Shown: positions 29,667-42,894, numbered from the stretch's first letter. The stretch is DNA of 64,000 bases from an uncultured Verrucomicrobiae bacterium (GCA_963837955.1 CAWIPH010000002.1:224001-288000); one strand, 5' to 3'. Notes: generated by a model not told the origin, from the sequence alone. Made by a program: numbers and translations.

Positions 29667-30176
29667 ATGGATGCCGCCGCAAACGTTGCCCAGCAATTTG
29701 GAGTTTATTGGCCGACCTTCATCGCCCAGGTTGTTCTGTTCGTTCTGGTCTACCTGATCCTGCGCAAATATGCCTTTAAGCCGATCATCGCTTTGCTGGA
29801 AGAAAGACGGCGGCAGATTCAGGAAGCGCAAGCGAACGCTGAACGGGTCAAGCAACAGTTGGCTGAAGCGCAGGTGAAGTACGAAGAAATTTTAACTCGG
29901 GCAAACGCGGAAGCGCAACGATTGCTGGACGAGGTGCGGCTCAGCGCAGAGCGACTGAGCGAGCACAAGCGGCAGCAAGCGATGACCGAAGCTGAGGAGA
30001 TTATCAAGAAGGCGCGGGAATCTTTGGAGCATGAGCGGGAGCTGACGATGGTGGAATTAAAGCGCGATTTTGGGCGACTTGTCATCGAGGCGACTGCGAA
30101 AGTGACGAACAAGGTTCTTACCCCAGAAGACCAGCAACGAATTAACGAGGAGGCGACTCGCGAGATAGCGGCGTGA
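29667..30176 (+). CDS. atpF: F0 ATP synthase subunit b
   Basis: N-terminal TM helix, AFKPII..LEERR, long coiled coil; operon position. Confidence 0.93.
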   Translation: MDAAANVAQQFGVYWPTFIAQVVLFVLVYLILRKYAFKPIIALLEERRRQIQEAQANAERVKQQLAEAQVKYEEILTRANAEAQRLLDEVRLSAERLSEHKRQQAMTEAEEIIKKARESLEHERELTMVELKRDFGRLVIEATAKVTNKVLTPEDQQRINEEATREIAA

Positions 30177-30189
30177 GCGAGAAGAAGCA

Positions 30190-30582
30190 ATGAAAACGTC
30201 TCGAGAAGCGCGCCGAACGTCTCGGCAAATGCTTAAACTAAGTTTAACAGACGGAAAATTAGATCAGCAGAAAATATCGCGAATGGTTGAAACAGTCTTG
30301 TCAGAAAAACCTCGGCATTACGTCGAAGTACTTAAGGATTATCAACGCCTTGTGCGCTTGGAGGTTGAGCGGCGACATGTTGTTGTGGAGAGCGCCGCTC
30401 CCTTGAATCCTCAACTCAGTGATCAGGTCTTGGCTAAATTAAAAGCGCGTTACGGGGACGATTTAACTGCAGAATTTCGCACAAATCCTGTTCTACTCGG
30501 CGGTTTGCGCATCAAGGTTGGCGACGACGTTTGGGATGGATCAGTTCGCCACCGATTACAGGCCCTGAAGGAGCAGCTTTAG
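30190..30582 (+). CDS. atpH: F1 ATP synthase delta subunit (short, 130 aa)
   Basis: VESAAPL...[22 protein letters not shown]-terminal OSCP motif. Confidence 0.9.
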   Translation: MKTSREARRTSRQMLKLSLTDGKLDQQKISRMVETVLSEKPRHYVEVLKDYQRLVRLEVERRHVVVESAAPLNPQLSDQVLAKLKARYGDDLTAEFRTNPVLLGGLRIKVGDDVWDGSVRHRLQALKEQL

Positions 30583-30590
30583 ACGCTATC

Positions 30591-32126
30591 ATGAACACTA
30601 TTCTCGAAGAACTGGAAGCCGCGATATCTGGTCTAAAAACCAAAACGACCCGGTCGAACGTCGGTGTGGTCCGGGAGGTTGGGGATGGGGTCTGCAAAAT
30701 AGAGGGGTTGAGCGACGTAATGCTCAACGAAATGATCGAATTCGCGGGCGGGACTTATGGTTTGGCCTTGAACCTCGAGGAAACCGAGGTGGGTGCGATT
30801 CTCCTCGGCGATTACGCCGATATTACCGAAGGGACGGAGGTGCGCACGACTGGCCGGCTATTGTCTGTACCGGTTGGAAAAGGTTTGCTCGGGAGAGTGG
30901 TAAATTCCCTAGGACAACCGATCGACGGGAAAGGGCCGATCCACTCAGAAACCAGTTATCCGGTAGAAAAGATCGCTCCAGGGATCATTAAGAGACGTCC
31001 TGTTACGGTGCCGGTACAGACCGGTATTCTTCCCATTGATGTGATGATTCCCATCGGGCGCGGCCAGCGCGAGTTAATTATTGGGGACCGGGCAACGGGG
31101 AAAACGACGGTCGCCCTGGACACGATCATCAGCCAGGCTCGACTGAACCGTTTAGCCGAAGAAGGCAAGGCGAAGTATCACACACCGCTCTATTGTATCT
31201 ACGTGGCGATCGGGCAGAAGAACATGAATATCGCCAGGGCGGTTGACATTCTCGAAAAAACCGGAGCTCTTCCCTATACGATCGTCGTATCCGCGTCCGC
31301 CTCGGACAGCGCTACGGACCAATATCTGGCGCCCTATGCTGGAGCCGCTATGGGAGAGTGGTTCATGGATCACGGGATGGATGCATTGATCGTTTTCGAT
31401 GATCTCTCCAAACACGCTGCCGCCTACCGCCAGGTCTCGCTCGTGCTAAAGCGTCCTTCCGGACGCGAGGCGTACCCGGGTGACGTATTCTATCTCCACT
31501 CCCGTTTGCTCGAACGGAGTGCCCGTCTGAATGAAAAGGCCGGGGGCGGATCTCTGACCGCCCTGCCCATTATCGAGACCCAGGCAGGTGACGTTTCAGC
31601 CTACATTCCGACCAATGTCATTTCGATTACTGATGGACAGATCTATTTGGAAACGGACCTCTTCTATCAAGGTGTCCGTCCGGCCATCTCGGTCGGCATC
31701 TCAGTGAGCCGAGTGGGTTCGGCCGCGCAGATCAAAGCGGTCAAACAAGTTGCTGGTTCAACCAAATTGGATTTGGCGCAGTTCCGCGATCTGCAGGCTT
31801 TCGCCCAATTCGGATCTGACGTCGATCCTGGTACGCGTAAAAAGCTGGATCGGGGTCAGCGTATCGTGGAACTCTTTAAGCAGGGGCAACATGATCCGAT
31901 GCCCGTCGAGATCGAAGTTGTGATTCTGTTTGCGATGCAGAAGGGCTACTTTGACGACGTTCCGGTCGACAAGATCAAAGACTGCCAGGCGAAGCTCCGC
32001 GAGTACTTTGAAACGCGGAAAGAAAATCTTCTCACAGAAATTCTAGAAAAGCTGGCGATAGACAAGGAGCTCGACGAAAAGCTGCACTCCGCGCTCAAAG
32101 ATTTTAAGCTGTTCTATAAACCGTAG
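30591..32126 (+). CDS. atpA: F1 ATP synthase alpha subunit
   Basis: [36 protein letters not shown]; start MNTILEEL. Confidence 0.98.
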   Translation: MNTILEELEAAISGLKTKTTRSNVGVVREVGDGVCKIEGLSDVMLNEMIEFAGGTYGLALNLEETEVGAILLGDYADITEGTEVRTTGRLLSVPVGKGLLGRVVNSLGQPIDGKGPIHSETSYPVEKIAPGIIKRRPVTVPVQTGILPIDVMIPIGRGQRELIIGDRATGKTTVALDTIISQARLNRLAEEGKAKYHTPLYCIYVAIGQKNMNIARAVDILEKTGALPYTIVVSASASDSATDQYLAPYAGAAMGEWFMDHGMDALIVFDDLSKHAAAYRQVSLVLKRPSGREAYPGDVFYLHSRLLERSARLNEKAGGGSLTALPIIETQAGDVSAYIPTNVISITDGQIYLETDLFYQGVRPAISVGISVSRVGSAAQIKAVKQVAGSTKLDLAQFRDLQAFAQFGSDVDPGTRKKLDRGQRIVELFKQGQHDPMPVEIEVVILFAMQKGYFDDVPVDKIKDCQAKLREYFETRKENLLTEILEKLAIDKELDEKLHSALKDFKLFYKP

Positions 32127-32131
32127 GGCTC

Positions 32132-34400
<2,269 letters not shown>

Positions 34401-34406
34401 TTAGCG

Positions 34407-34817
34407 ATGCCGAAATTGAAGCTCGAAATCGTGACTCCGGAAGGGCGAGCGTATCAGGACGATGTGGATATGGTTGTTCTGCCCGGTTTCGATGGGGAGC
34501 TGGGTGTTTATCCGGCTCACGTTCCCTTAATGACTCAGCTTGTGCCAGGGGAGCTGAGGATTTTTAAGGACGGAAATCAAAAAGAATTAGTCGTCGGATC
34601 CGGCTTCGCTGAGATTACGCAAACCCAGGTTTCTGTGCTCACCGATTCCGCCCTGGAAGACGAGTTAATCGACGAGAGAATCACCCAAGAAGCGATTCAG
34701 CGCGCGGAAGCCGCCCTCCAGGACAAGAGTCTAGCGAGTGACGAGACCACCGAGGCTGAGGCGATATTAGCGCGATCACTCGCTCAGCTGAGATTCAAGC
34801 GCCGCCGCAGACACTAA
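34407..34817 (+). CDS. atpC: F1 ATP synthase epsilon subunit
   Basis: LEIVTPE, GELGVYPAH, SGFAEI. Confidence 0.95.
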   Translation: MPKLKLEIVTPEGRAYQDDVDMVVLPGFDGELGVYPAHVPLMTQLVPGELRIFKDGNQKELVVGSGFAEITQTQVSVLTDSALEDELIDERITQEAIQRAEAALQDKSLASDETTEAEAILARSLAQLRFKRRRRH

Positions 34818-34832
34818 TTAGCCGAGGATACG

Positions 34833-35030
34833 CTGATAACGGAGGGCGCGGCGCTTCCGACTTCGCCAGTTTGTTGCGATTCTTTGCCATCGGGAAAGGC
34901 TTCGTCGAGACACGTGCGCCGCCCGCGAATCACCCACGACAGGAGAGCATCATCAGATCATTCGGCTCGGTTCCTCGGTACGCGCCGGATTATTCCCGGG
35001 CGGCGCAAGCGCCGCGCCCTCCGTTATCAG
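34833..35030. repeat. GGAG-type REPIN between convergent atpC and hisD
   Basis: Terminal IR CTGATAACGGAGGGCGCGGCGCTT / AAGCGCCGCGCCCTCCGTTATCAG; spacer homologous to 3156-3270. Confidence 0.8.
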
Positions 35031-35033
35031 GGG

Positions 35034-36332
35034 CTATCCGGCGGACTTTTCAAACCGAATGCGCGCAGAACGCCCGTGAGCTTCCAGATGCTCTGCCTCA
35101 CTGAATTTGTCGAGCACAGGTAACGATTTTTGGAGAGCTTCCGGGCTGTAGCTCACGATGCTGGTTCTTCGCTGAAATTGGTCTACGGTCAGGCCACCGA
35201 ATGATCTTCCGGCGCCACCGGTAGGCAATTCATGACTAGGTCCGGCCAAAAAATCGCCTGCGACCACCGGCGAGTAGGGACCCAAAAAGATAGCTCCGGC
35301 GTTTCTAATCTGTCCTGCGACTCTCCAAGGATCTTCTGTGACTATCGATAAATGTTCGGGAGCAAAGTCGTTGGCGAATTGGATCGCGTGAGCAATATCC
35401 CTGACGAGTACTGCGTAGGCTCGGCTAGAGATAACCTCTTCCAGATAATTTCGTCGCGGCAGACTGGCTATCTGCTTCGTCAACTCCGCCTGGGTCGCTT
35501 CCAACATCGATCGCTCTGGCGAGACCACGCAAATTACACTTCCCGGACCATGCTCGGCCTGCGCCAGGAGATCGGCCGCCACCCAAGCGGGCCTGGCGCT
35601 GCCGTCGCTCAGCACCAGGATTTCACTCGGTCCTGGTAATAGATCCACGGCCGCATACCCGAATACTTGCCGTTTGGCCTCGGTAACATAGGCGTTTCCT
35701 GGACCAAAAATCTTGTCAACCTTTGGAATCGTTTCCGTTCCAAATGCCAAAGCGGCGATTGCGTGGGCACCGCCGACTTTGAAAATCTCGGTTGCTCCCG
35801 CAATCTGCAATGCGCTGAGCAACGCGTGATTCATTCTCTTTTCAGATCCGACCGGCGAGACTACTACGATCTCAGGGACGCCGACTGCCGTGGCCAGCGA
35901 GACGGTCATAATGGCCGACGAGACAAGCGGGGCAGTGCCGGCTGGGACGTAGATGCCGACTCTTTGAAACGGATGAAAAGACTCTCCGACCTTGGCTCCT
36001 TGCTCATTCTCCGAGAGCCAGTCGGCGCGCTGGCTTTTTCTCGCAAAGTCCAGGACATTTCGTTTGGCTGCCTCCAATGCGTCCCGGAGGACCGGATCTA
36101 GGTGTCCCAAGGCTTCATCTATTTCGGATTGATTAACCCGCAGCTCGTCCCGAGAAAAGAGAGCGCGGTCAAATTGCTGGACCAATCTGAGCAACGCTTC
36201 GTCGCCTCCGAGACGCACCTCACCGAGGATCTCCCGTACCTGCTCGACCAGGCGATCGTCGGGAGTGTATCTACGGTCGAATTCCTCGGCTTTGGTCGCA
36301 CTCTCCTCGGAATTTAAGTCGATAAACTTCAT
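35034..36332 (-). CDS. hisD: Histidinol dehydrogenase
   Basis: GIYVPAG, KIFGPGNAYV, GPSEI, DLLAQAEH, APEHL, AGPSHELPT. Confidence 0.96.
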   Translation of the reverse strand: MKFIDLNSEESATKAEEFDRRYTPDDRLVEQVREILGEVRLGGDEALLRLVQQFDRALFSRDELRVNQSEIDEALGHLDPVLRDALEAAKRNVLDFARKSQRADWLSENEQGAKVGESFHPFQRVGIYVPAGTAPLVSSAIMTVSLATAVGVPEIVVVSPVGSEKRMNHALLSALQIAGATEIFKVGGAHAIAALAFGTETIPKVDKIFGPGNAYVTEAKRQVFGYAAVDLLPGPSEILVLSDGSARPAWVAADLLAQAEHGPGSVICVVSPERSMLEATQAELTKQIASLPRRNYLEEVISSRAYAVLVRDIAHAIQFANDFAPEHLSIVTEDPWRVAGQIRNAGAIFLGPYSPVVAGDFLAGPSHELPTGGAGRSFGGLTVDQFQRRTSIVSYSPEALQKSLPVLDKFSEAEHLEAHGRSARIRFEKSAG

Positions 36333-36863
36333 GCCGAGCCGGATACTGTACCGTGACTTGTATTCTCGCAAGCGAGCAGGACATTCCACTTTGCGAGCGC
36401 CGTCTATCTGCTCAAGGTCGAGGTGATTGCGGTCGAGCCAATCAATCGTTAGCCCAGAAAATGCATGAGGCGAAATAGTTTGAACTTCCCTGTGACCGCC
36501 TAACCAGCCCGTTTCTCATGAGGGGAAGGTGATGATTGGGCAGAAAAGGAAACGTTGATTTCCTGGAAGATCCGAGCGTATCGTCCTCAACTTTTAACAC
36601 AGAACGAACGCCGGCCTCCTGGTAGGCAGATAATTCGATTGGACCGAACAAGTACCTTAAAACATGGAAGCTCGAGTTTTGCGAGCAGCCCCAACGCGAT
36701 CTGAGTCGTCCAAATCCATAGCCCTCTAAGCCGCCACTCAGCCTTCTCTGCGGATCATGAAATTAAGCAAGCCACGATCGTCTATGATGCGTCGCTCTCG
36801 TAATTTTTGCCCGTGGTCAGGCAGCCGGAAGGAATATCGCGAAACGCTTTCTCGGTTGATCGA

Positions 36864-37868
36864 ATGAAGAAAGCTCTTATCCGCACGCTGCAGGCGGTAT
36901 TCACGATTGCCATCTTGATTTGGGTTTTTCACAGCCCAGAGAAACGTGCCCAAATGGCGGCCGCATTTGGGAAAGCCGACCTTCAATGGATGCTGATCGG
37001 GCTTCCGGTTGCGCTCTTGGGAGAAATCGCGAACATCGTCCGCTGGAAAATTCTCATGCGAGTACAAGGCATGCATTTGAGTTGGCCGCGAATCGCCCAG
37101 CTTTTCTTCGTTGGGTTGTTTTTCAATTTGTTCATGCCGGGATACACCGGCGGAGACTTTGCCCGGATTTACTTCTCGATGCGCGAATTTCCCGACCAAA
37201 AAAAAGAGGTGATCCTCACGATTGTCATGGATCGCCTCATTGGCATGCTGGCTCTAGTTCTGGCGGCCGTGGTTACAACCAGCTTCCGCTGGCAATGGTT
37301 ACAACAAACCCCTCAAGCTTCCTTTTTGCTCGGAATTCTTCTTTGTATGTTGGTCGGTTTCACGGTCATAACCGCCGGATCTTTTTTGGTGAGCGGCTTG
37401 AAACTAGCAAATCGTTTGCCCCGGCATACCCCTTTTCGTGAGCGACTGATCGAAACCTCTGAAGCATACCATGTATTCGCTCGCGCCAAGGTGTCGCTCC
37501 TTTGTGCGTTTTTGCTGTCGTTCCCGGTCTTGTTTTCATTCTATGGCGCATTTTATTGCGCGGCCCGAGCGGTGCATGCGACGGTCTCGTTTCTCGATAT
37601 GATCACGATCATGCCGATCGTCACTTGCATCATTTCGCTCCCGATCACACCGGGGGGTGTCGGATTTCGTGAATCGCTGTTCGAGATTCTTCTGAGCGAA
37701 CTGTGCAAGGTCCCCGGCGAAGTCGCGGTACTGATTTCCCTGCTTGGTTTTTCATACTTTCTTCTATTCGGGATGGTTGGAGGTATCTGCTATCTGTTCT
37801 ATTCGCCCAGAGCACGCGCTCGCTGGCGCGATATGCAGAGCGAAGTGGAAAGAGTGCACAGCCAATAG
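36864..37868 (+). CDS. Lysylphosphatidylglycerol synthase TM-domain (UPF0104, flippase-like) membrane protein
   Basis: RW.IL, FFNLFMPGYTGGDFAR, DRLIG, LPITPGGVGFRE. Confidence 0.88.
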   Translation: MKKALIRTLQAVFTIAILIWVFHSPEKRAQMAAAFGKADLQWMLIGLPVALLGEIANIVRWKILMRVQGMHLSWPRIAQLFFVGLFFNLFMPGYTGGDFARIYFSMREFPDQKKEVILTIVMDRLIGMLALVLAAVVTTSFRWQWLQQTPQASFLLGILLCMLVGFTVITAGSFLVSGLKLANRLPRHTPFRERLIETSEAYHVFARAKVSLLCAFLLSFPVLFSFYGAFYCAARAVHATVSFLDMITIMPIVTCIISLPITPGGVGFRESLFEILLSELCKVPGEVAVLISLLGFSYFLLFGMVGGICYLFYSPRARARWRDMQSEVERVHSQ

Positions 37869-37931
37869 CGTTTTCAGGTGACCTCAAGAAGAGGAGGGTT
37901 GCAGGCTGGGCGGATCCAGCTTTGTTCCGGT

Positions 37932-38777
37932 ATGGATCTACTTCTTGGGCATTCCCCGGATCCCGATGACGCGTTCATGTTTTATGCGCTTGCCGAAAAC
38001 AAGATCGATACCCGGGGCTACCGTTTTCAGCACATTCTCCAGGACATCGAGACGCTGAACCAGCGTGCGTTGCGCGGCGAGCTTCACATCTCTGCCGTCT
38101 CCATTCACGCGTACGCCTTTCTCACTTCACAGTATGCGCTATTGCCCTGCGGGGCTAGCATGGGAGACGGATACGGCCCCATGTTAGTCTCGTTGTCTGT
38201 TCCGCCAAAGGGCGCGTCAGAGATAGGAGAGTGGCTGGCTGATAAGACTATCGCAGTACCCGGTCTGAAGACCAGCGCGTACCTTGCTTTCCGACTCTTT
38301 ACTCCAAACGGGTCGACCGTAGTGGTGCCGTTTGACGAAATCTTTGATTTTGTTAAAGCGGGCAAGGCGGATGTGGGGTTGCTCATTCACGAGGGACAGC
38401 TCACCTATGCGCAACAAGGGTTCCATTTGGTCCTCGATCTCGGTGCGTGGTGGAAGGATCAAACCGGGGTTCCATTACCGTTAGGTGGAAATGTGATCCG
38501 GAAGGATATATCGCCAAACCAACGCAAAGAGATTTCCGATATCCTAAAGGAAAGCATCCGTTACGGGCTGCAAAACCGCGCGGCTGGAGTGCAACATTCC
38601 ATGCCGTTAGCCCGCGGTTTGGATTTAGCCCAAGCGGACAAGTTTATTGGGATGTACGTGAACGACTTTACCTTGGACTACGGCAAAACTGGCAGGCACG
38701 CGATTCGCGAATTCCTAGGGCAGGCAAGCAACCGGGGCCTTATTCCAGAACCAGTCGAGATTGAATTCGTAGAGTAG
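37932..38777 (+). CDS. mqnD: 1,4-dihydroxy-6-naphthoate synthase (futalosine menaquinone pathway)
   Basis: GHSPDPDDAFMFYA, DIETLN, GDGYGP, LLIHEGQLTY, PLPLGG, MYVN. Confidence 0.9.
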   Translation: MDLLLGHSPDPDDAFMFYALAENKIDTRGYRFQHILQDIETLNQRALRGELHISAVSIHAYAFLTSQYALLPCGASMGDGYGPMLVSLSVPPKGASEIGEWLADKTIAVPGLKTSAYLAFRLFTPNGSTVVVPFDEIFDFVKAGKADVGLLIHEGQLTYAQQGFHLVLDLGAWWKDQTGVPLPLGGNVIRKDISPNQRKEISDILKESIRYGLQNRAAGVQHSMPLARGLDLAQADKFIGMYVNDFTLDYGKTGRHAIREFLGQASNRGLIPEPVEIEFVE

Positions 38778-38884
38778 TGAGGAGGGGAACGGTATCAGCA
38801 GGGTCGGCTTGCCGCGTCCGCGGGGCGCCCCTAGCGGGATGTTTGAGGAGAGCATCCCTTTGGCCGTTCGATACAACCCTGACT

Positions 38885-39063
38885 GGTAGGGCGAAAACCT
38901 CGACGCGCCGGGAACGTTTCGATTTCTTTTGCGTGGATCGCGCCGGGTTTGAGCCGCCCGTTGCATCAATCTGTGTTGCGTTTTTTCTTCGCGTTCGTCA
39001 GTAGGCCAGGCACGAACGGCTCAAGCCGGTCCGGCCGATACCGTACCAGGCTTTCGCCCTACC
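38885..39063. repeat. GTAG-type REP pair in inverted orientation (REPIN-like)
   Basis: GGTAGGGCGAAAACCT / AGGCTTTCGCCCTACC with inner GGTTTGAGCCG / CGGCTCAAGCC. Confidence 0.7.
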
Positions 39064-39105
39064 GATCGGAGGTCAACAGAACGCAGTTGTTACCGACGAC
39101 GGTCC

Positions 39106-39444
39106 CTAGCGCTGAAATAGAACGTTGGCCGCTGCGTGCTGTTCCGGAGGACACGCCGCGTTGGTCGGAACTTCGGTAGGATTGGAGTTCGCCTTGATCA
39201 GGTCCTTCTCGACGAGGTATCTCTCTACTTCCTCGCCGCTGATATCTGCCAACATGACGCCATTGATCTCGATACAGGGTGACAGTGGTTGGCCGCTCTT
39301 CTGTTCCATCTCCCAGCGAAACGCCGGGTTTTGAATAATATCCTTCTCTTGATACGGGAGGTTGTACTTTCGTAGGACAGCGCGGACCCCGTTGCTCCAT
39401 CCACATTGGGTTTTCAAGTACGCGACAATTTGTGGTGTTTCCAT
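39106..39444 (-). CDS. Glutaredoxin family protein (monothiol CGWS)
   Basis: CGWS active site; SGQPLSPCIEING cis-Pro loop. Confidence 0.85.
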   Translation of the reverse strand: METPQIVAYLKTQCGWSNGVRAVLRKYNLPYQEKDIIQNPAFRWEMEQKSGQPLSPCIEINGVMLADISGEEVERYLVEKDLIKANSNPTEVPTNAACPPEQHAAANVLFQR

Positions 39445-39577
39445 GCTAATTTGTTTTGCTTTGCGTTGTTAACTCTAACTTGCAGTCTGCCGGAGCGGCT
39501 GTCGACCCGTATCTCCAGCTCGAGCCAAGCTTACTTTCTAGCTGGGAAGCTGCGGTAAGATTCGCAGATTCTCAATG

Positions 39578-39610
39578 AAAAAGGCGCCCAGAATCACTCG
39601 GGCGCCTTTT
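39578..39610 (-). terminator. Intrinsic terminator after rpsA
   Basis: AAAAAGGCGCCC..GGGCGCCTTTT stem; T-run on the minus strand. Confidence 0.8.
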
Positions 39611-39623
39611 CCGGATTATTAAA

Positions 39624-41303
39624 CTATTTTCTTCGGTCACCAGGCCGGTACTCTTCCTCGGCCGCTTGGAACGCCTGCTCCAACCCAACCATGTCTTCAC
39701 CTGGTCGGAGGCTATCAAAGGCTTCAGTCTCGCGCCTCAGTTCGTCCTCAGAGTAGTGAGCAGCCTTGATCGAAAGGCCGATCCGCCGTTCCGCTTTATC
39801 AACCTTGATAACGCGAGCCTCGACGTCTTGGCCCACTTTCAGAACATCTTTGACCTTAGCAACGTGTTCTTCGCTGAGCTGGGAGATGTGCACCAATCCA
39901 TCGATGTCGTCTTGCAATTGGACGAACGCCCCGAAACTGGCCAGCTTAGTTACCTTTCCTTTGACCAGGTCACCGATCTTATACTTCTGATCGATTTCCT
40001 TCCACGGATCGGATTCAAGTTGCTTAATTCCCAAACTGATTCGTTGGTTGACCTTGTCGATATCGAGAACGACCGCTTCCACCTCGTCACCCTTTTTCAA
40101 GATCTCGCTCGGATGATTGATCTTGCGAGTCCAGCTGAGATCGGAAACGTGGATCATGCCATCGATACCCTCTTCCAATTCTACGAAGGCACCATAGGCG
40201 GTCATGTTACGAATCTTCCCTTTGACTTCGGAACCGATCACATAGCGCTGTTCGATAGCATCCCAAGGATTCGGTTCGAGTTGGCGGACGCCCAGAGAAA
40301 TTTTTTGCTCTTCTTTATTTACGCCGAGCACGATCGCATCGATTTCCTGGCCCTGCGTCAGCACATCAGAAGGACGCGTAATCCGCTTAGTCCAGGAGAG
40401 CTCAGAGACGTGGATGAGACCCTCGACTCCTTCTTCGATCTCTACGAACGCACCGTAGGGCACCAGATTAGTAACCTTTCCGTGCACTCTCGCGCTGACC
40501 GGGAAACGTTCCTCGATCTTGTCCCACGGGTTGCGCTGGGTCTGCTTTAAGCCCAACGAGACGCGCTCTTTTTCTTTGTTGATGTCGAGAACAACAACAT
40601 CAAGGGGCTGGCCGATCTTGAGAAGCTCGCTTGGGTGAGTGAGCCGGCCCCAGGTCATATCTGTGATATGAAGAAGCCCATCCATGCCATCCAGGTCGAT
40701 GAATGCGCCGAAATCGGTGAGATTTTTAACGCTTCCCTTGACCGTGTCGCCGACCTTCACGGATTCCAGGAACTTGGTTCGTTTCTCCGCGCGTTCTTGT
40801 TCAATGATCTCGCGCCGGCTCAAAACGACATTTTTGCGCTCATCGTTGATCTTAACAATTTTGAAGTCGTAGGTATTACCGACGAATTGCTGGAGATCCT
40901 TTGGAGGTACGATATCGATCTGCGATCCAGGAAGGAAAGCCTCTACCCCGATATTTACCGTGAGTCCCCCTTTGACCACCGCTTTCACCTTCCCTTTGAT
41001 CAATCCATCGCCTTCAAAAACTTTGACGATCTTGTCCCAGTTTTGCTTATGGGCGGCTTTTTCTTTCGACAGAACAACCATCCCATCTTCATTTTCGAGC
41101 CGTTCCAGCAGTACCTCGACCTCGTCGCCTACTTCGACTTCGTCAGAATCTTCAAATTCCGACACCGGGATTACGCCCTCGGACTTGTAGCCGATATCTA
41201 CGAGCACTTCGCGGGGACGAATTTCCAAAATCCGCCCTTTAACGATACTGCCTTCTTTGAAATCGCGCAGGGACTTCGCGATTAGCTCCTGCATCTCAGT
41301 CAT
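39624..41303 (-). CDS. rpsA: 30S ribosomal protein S1
   Basis: Six S1 repeats (DIGYKSEG, FGAFIDL.G.DGLLHITD, YGAFVE..EG.EGLIHVSELSW). Confidence 0.98.
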   Translation of the reverse strand: MTEMQELIAKSLRDFKEGSIVKGRILEIRPREVLVDIGYKSEGVIPVSEFEDSDEVEVGDEVEVLLERLENEDGMVVLSKEKAAHKQNWDKIVKVFEGDGLIKGKVKAVVKGGLTVNIGVEAFLPGSQIDIVPPKDLQQFVGNTYDFKIVKINDERKNVVLSRREIIEQERAEKRTKFLESVKVGDTVKGSVKNLTDFGAFIDLDGMDGLLHITDMTWGRLTHPSELLKIGQPLDVVVLDINKEKERVSLGLKQTQRNPWDKIEERFPVSARVHGKVTNLVPYGAFVEIEEGVEGLIHVSELSWTKRITRPSDVLTQGQEIDAIVLGVNKEEQKISLGVRQLEPNPWDAIEQRYVIGSEVKGKIRNMTAYGAFVELEEGIDGMIHVSDLSWTRKINHPSEILKKGDEVEAVVLDIDKVNQRISLGIKQLESDPWKEIDQKYKIGDLVKGKVTKLASFGAFVQLQDDIDGLVHISQLSEEHVAKVKDVLKVGQDVEARVIKVDKAERRIGLSIKAAHYSEDELRRETEAFDSLRPGEDMVGLEQAFQAAEEEYRPGDRRK

Positions 41304-41617
41304 AACAAAATTACAGACATAAACAAACCACGGTTGCCACTTAGTTTAACCTGCTCCCGGACTACCTTTCTAGGGCGCCTTTACGGGATCAGAGGAGGTG
41401 TGAACATAGCCATTCGCTCGGGGGCTGCAAGAGATTTCCGGGAACGAGAGGAGTGCAACGCAAAACCAAATGCGGGACCGGGAGTCGGTAGACTGGAACC
41501 CCGTATTCGGCAGTCGTTTGACTGCCGAGTCGAGTGGCGGAACTGAGCCTTGCCGAATAGGCGGATCTCAAGGAGAGGAGCCAGCGGGCCGTGAACCTTT
41601 AGCCCGCAACGCTCAAG

Positions 41618-41857
41618 TTACTTCATCAGGAGTATGGACCGAGCTCTCTTGATCTCCCGCGTAATTTTCCGATGCAGATAGGCAGGCATGCCGGTAACCC
41701 GACGCGGCAAGATCTTTCCGCTTTCGGTGACAAACTTACGCAGCAAGTCCGGATTTTTATAATCCAGCGCCTCAATGGCAATATCGATTCGACGCCGAGG
41801 CATGGCGCGATTGGCGCGCCGGAAATTCGATCGGCGTTTGGCGGTCTTCGGTTCCAT
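41618..41857 (-). CDS. rpsR: 30S ribosomal protein S18 (Cys-free type)
   Basis: [26 protein letters not shown]...IKRAR. Confidence 0.95.
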   Translation of the reverse strand: MEPKTAKRRSNFRRANRAMPRRRIDIAIEALDYKNPDLLRKFVTESGKILPRRVTGMPAYLHRKITREIKRARSILLMK

Positions 41858-41861
41858 GATC

Positions 41862-42035
41862 TTACTTTACTTCCCGATGCAGCGTGTGGCGCCGCAGGAA
41901 CGGGTTATACTTTTTCTTTTCCAGGCGGCCTGGGGTATTCAGGCTTTTTTTATTGCGGGTGGAGACGTAGCGAGAAACGGGTTTACCCTCGGCCTTGGCC
42001 TCGGTGCATTCCAGGATAATGATGTCTCTGGGCAT
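41862..42035 (-). CDS. rpmG: 50S ribosomal protein L33 (57 aa, not in the ORF track)
   Basis: [57 protein letters not shown]. Confidence 0.95.
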   Translation of the reverse strand: MPRDIIILECTEAKAEGKPVSRYVSTRNKKSLNTPGRLEKKKYNPFLRRHTLHREVK

Positions 42036-42037
42036 AA

Positions 42038-42622
42038 TTATTCTTTATTGTCGGAAGCTGGTTCTTCCTCTTCGCCCTCTCCACCTTCTTCGTCCGTCAA
42101 TCCAAAGAGCGAGGTAACCGGTTGCCGAATACGAGTCGCTTTCTTTTGCTTCTCTATCAGTGTCTGGCATTCCACTGTAAAACGAGCGAACGGAATTGCC
42201 TCCAGGCGAGCATGCGGAATGGCTTTTCCAGACATTTCGCACACGCCGTAGGTTCCCGCGTCAACCCGCTTGAGTGCTTCTTCAATCTCGTAAAGCGCAT
42301 CCTGCTCTTGAGAAAGCAGGCTCAGCGCAAAGTCGCGATCGTACGCGTCGCTCCCGGCGTCGGCCTGATGCATACCGAACGCGGAAGCTTCACTTCCTTC
42401 CGCTCTGGCCCGCAAAGTGTCGCGAGACACGCCCATCATGGCATCTAGCAAGCTGTCCCGGAGCTGAAGAAGCTTGGCTTTCTGCTTCTTTAGGAAAGGG
42501 CTCAGCTTTTCGTCTCCCGCGTCATTGTTTGCTCCGGTGGCCAAAACTTGAGCTGTCTGGTCCGCGGGTGAGTGCCCGTTCGCGGATGCTTCTTCTTTTT
42601 TCTGTATTTTCGATTTCGCCAT
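42038..42622 (-). CDS. dksA: DksA/TraR family transcription factor
   Basis: Coiled coil with HQADAGSD tip; [40 protein letters not shown]. Confidence 0.88.
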   Translation of the reverse strand: MAKSKIQKKEEASANGHSPADQTAQVLATGANNDAGDEKLSPFLKKQKAKLLQLRDSLLDAMMGVSRDTLRARAEGSEASAFGMHQADAGSDAYDRDFALSLLSQEQDALYEIEEALKRVDAGTYGVCEMSGKAIPHARLEAIPFARFTVECQTLIEKQKKATRIRQPVTSLFGLTDEEGGEGEEEEPASDNKE

Positions 42623-42894
42623 AAGTTAAGTGGACGAGCTGCTCCCACGCTAGCCCCTTCCCGAGCGAGGAGGGCGAACATATAATGGCAATCACCGTTC
42701 GGTTCAAGGGGAAAGATGGCGGGAAAATCGGCCCCTTTGGCCGCCGCTCCGGAGAATGCTTCTATCGGAATTGGCTCGACTTTGGTTCGACGCAAAATGC
42801 CGTTTGGATGTTTAAAACAAATCCGATTTTATTAAATTATTTTATCGCCCCTCGATTCTGAGAGCCGTGTACCGGATTTCCTTGAAAAAGAGAG

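Noticed and set aside
36442..36651. uORF upstream of hisD containing His-His
   Set aside because: Only two His codons in 69, a non-ATG start and no attenuator structure; not comparable to the aroF leader
39666..41285. Long + strand ORFs (294 and 216 aa) opposite rpsA; similar ORFs opposite atpD and carB
   Set aside because: Antisense shadows produced by codon bias in highly expressed genes
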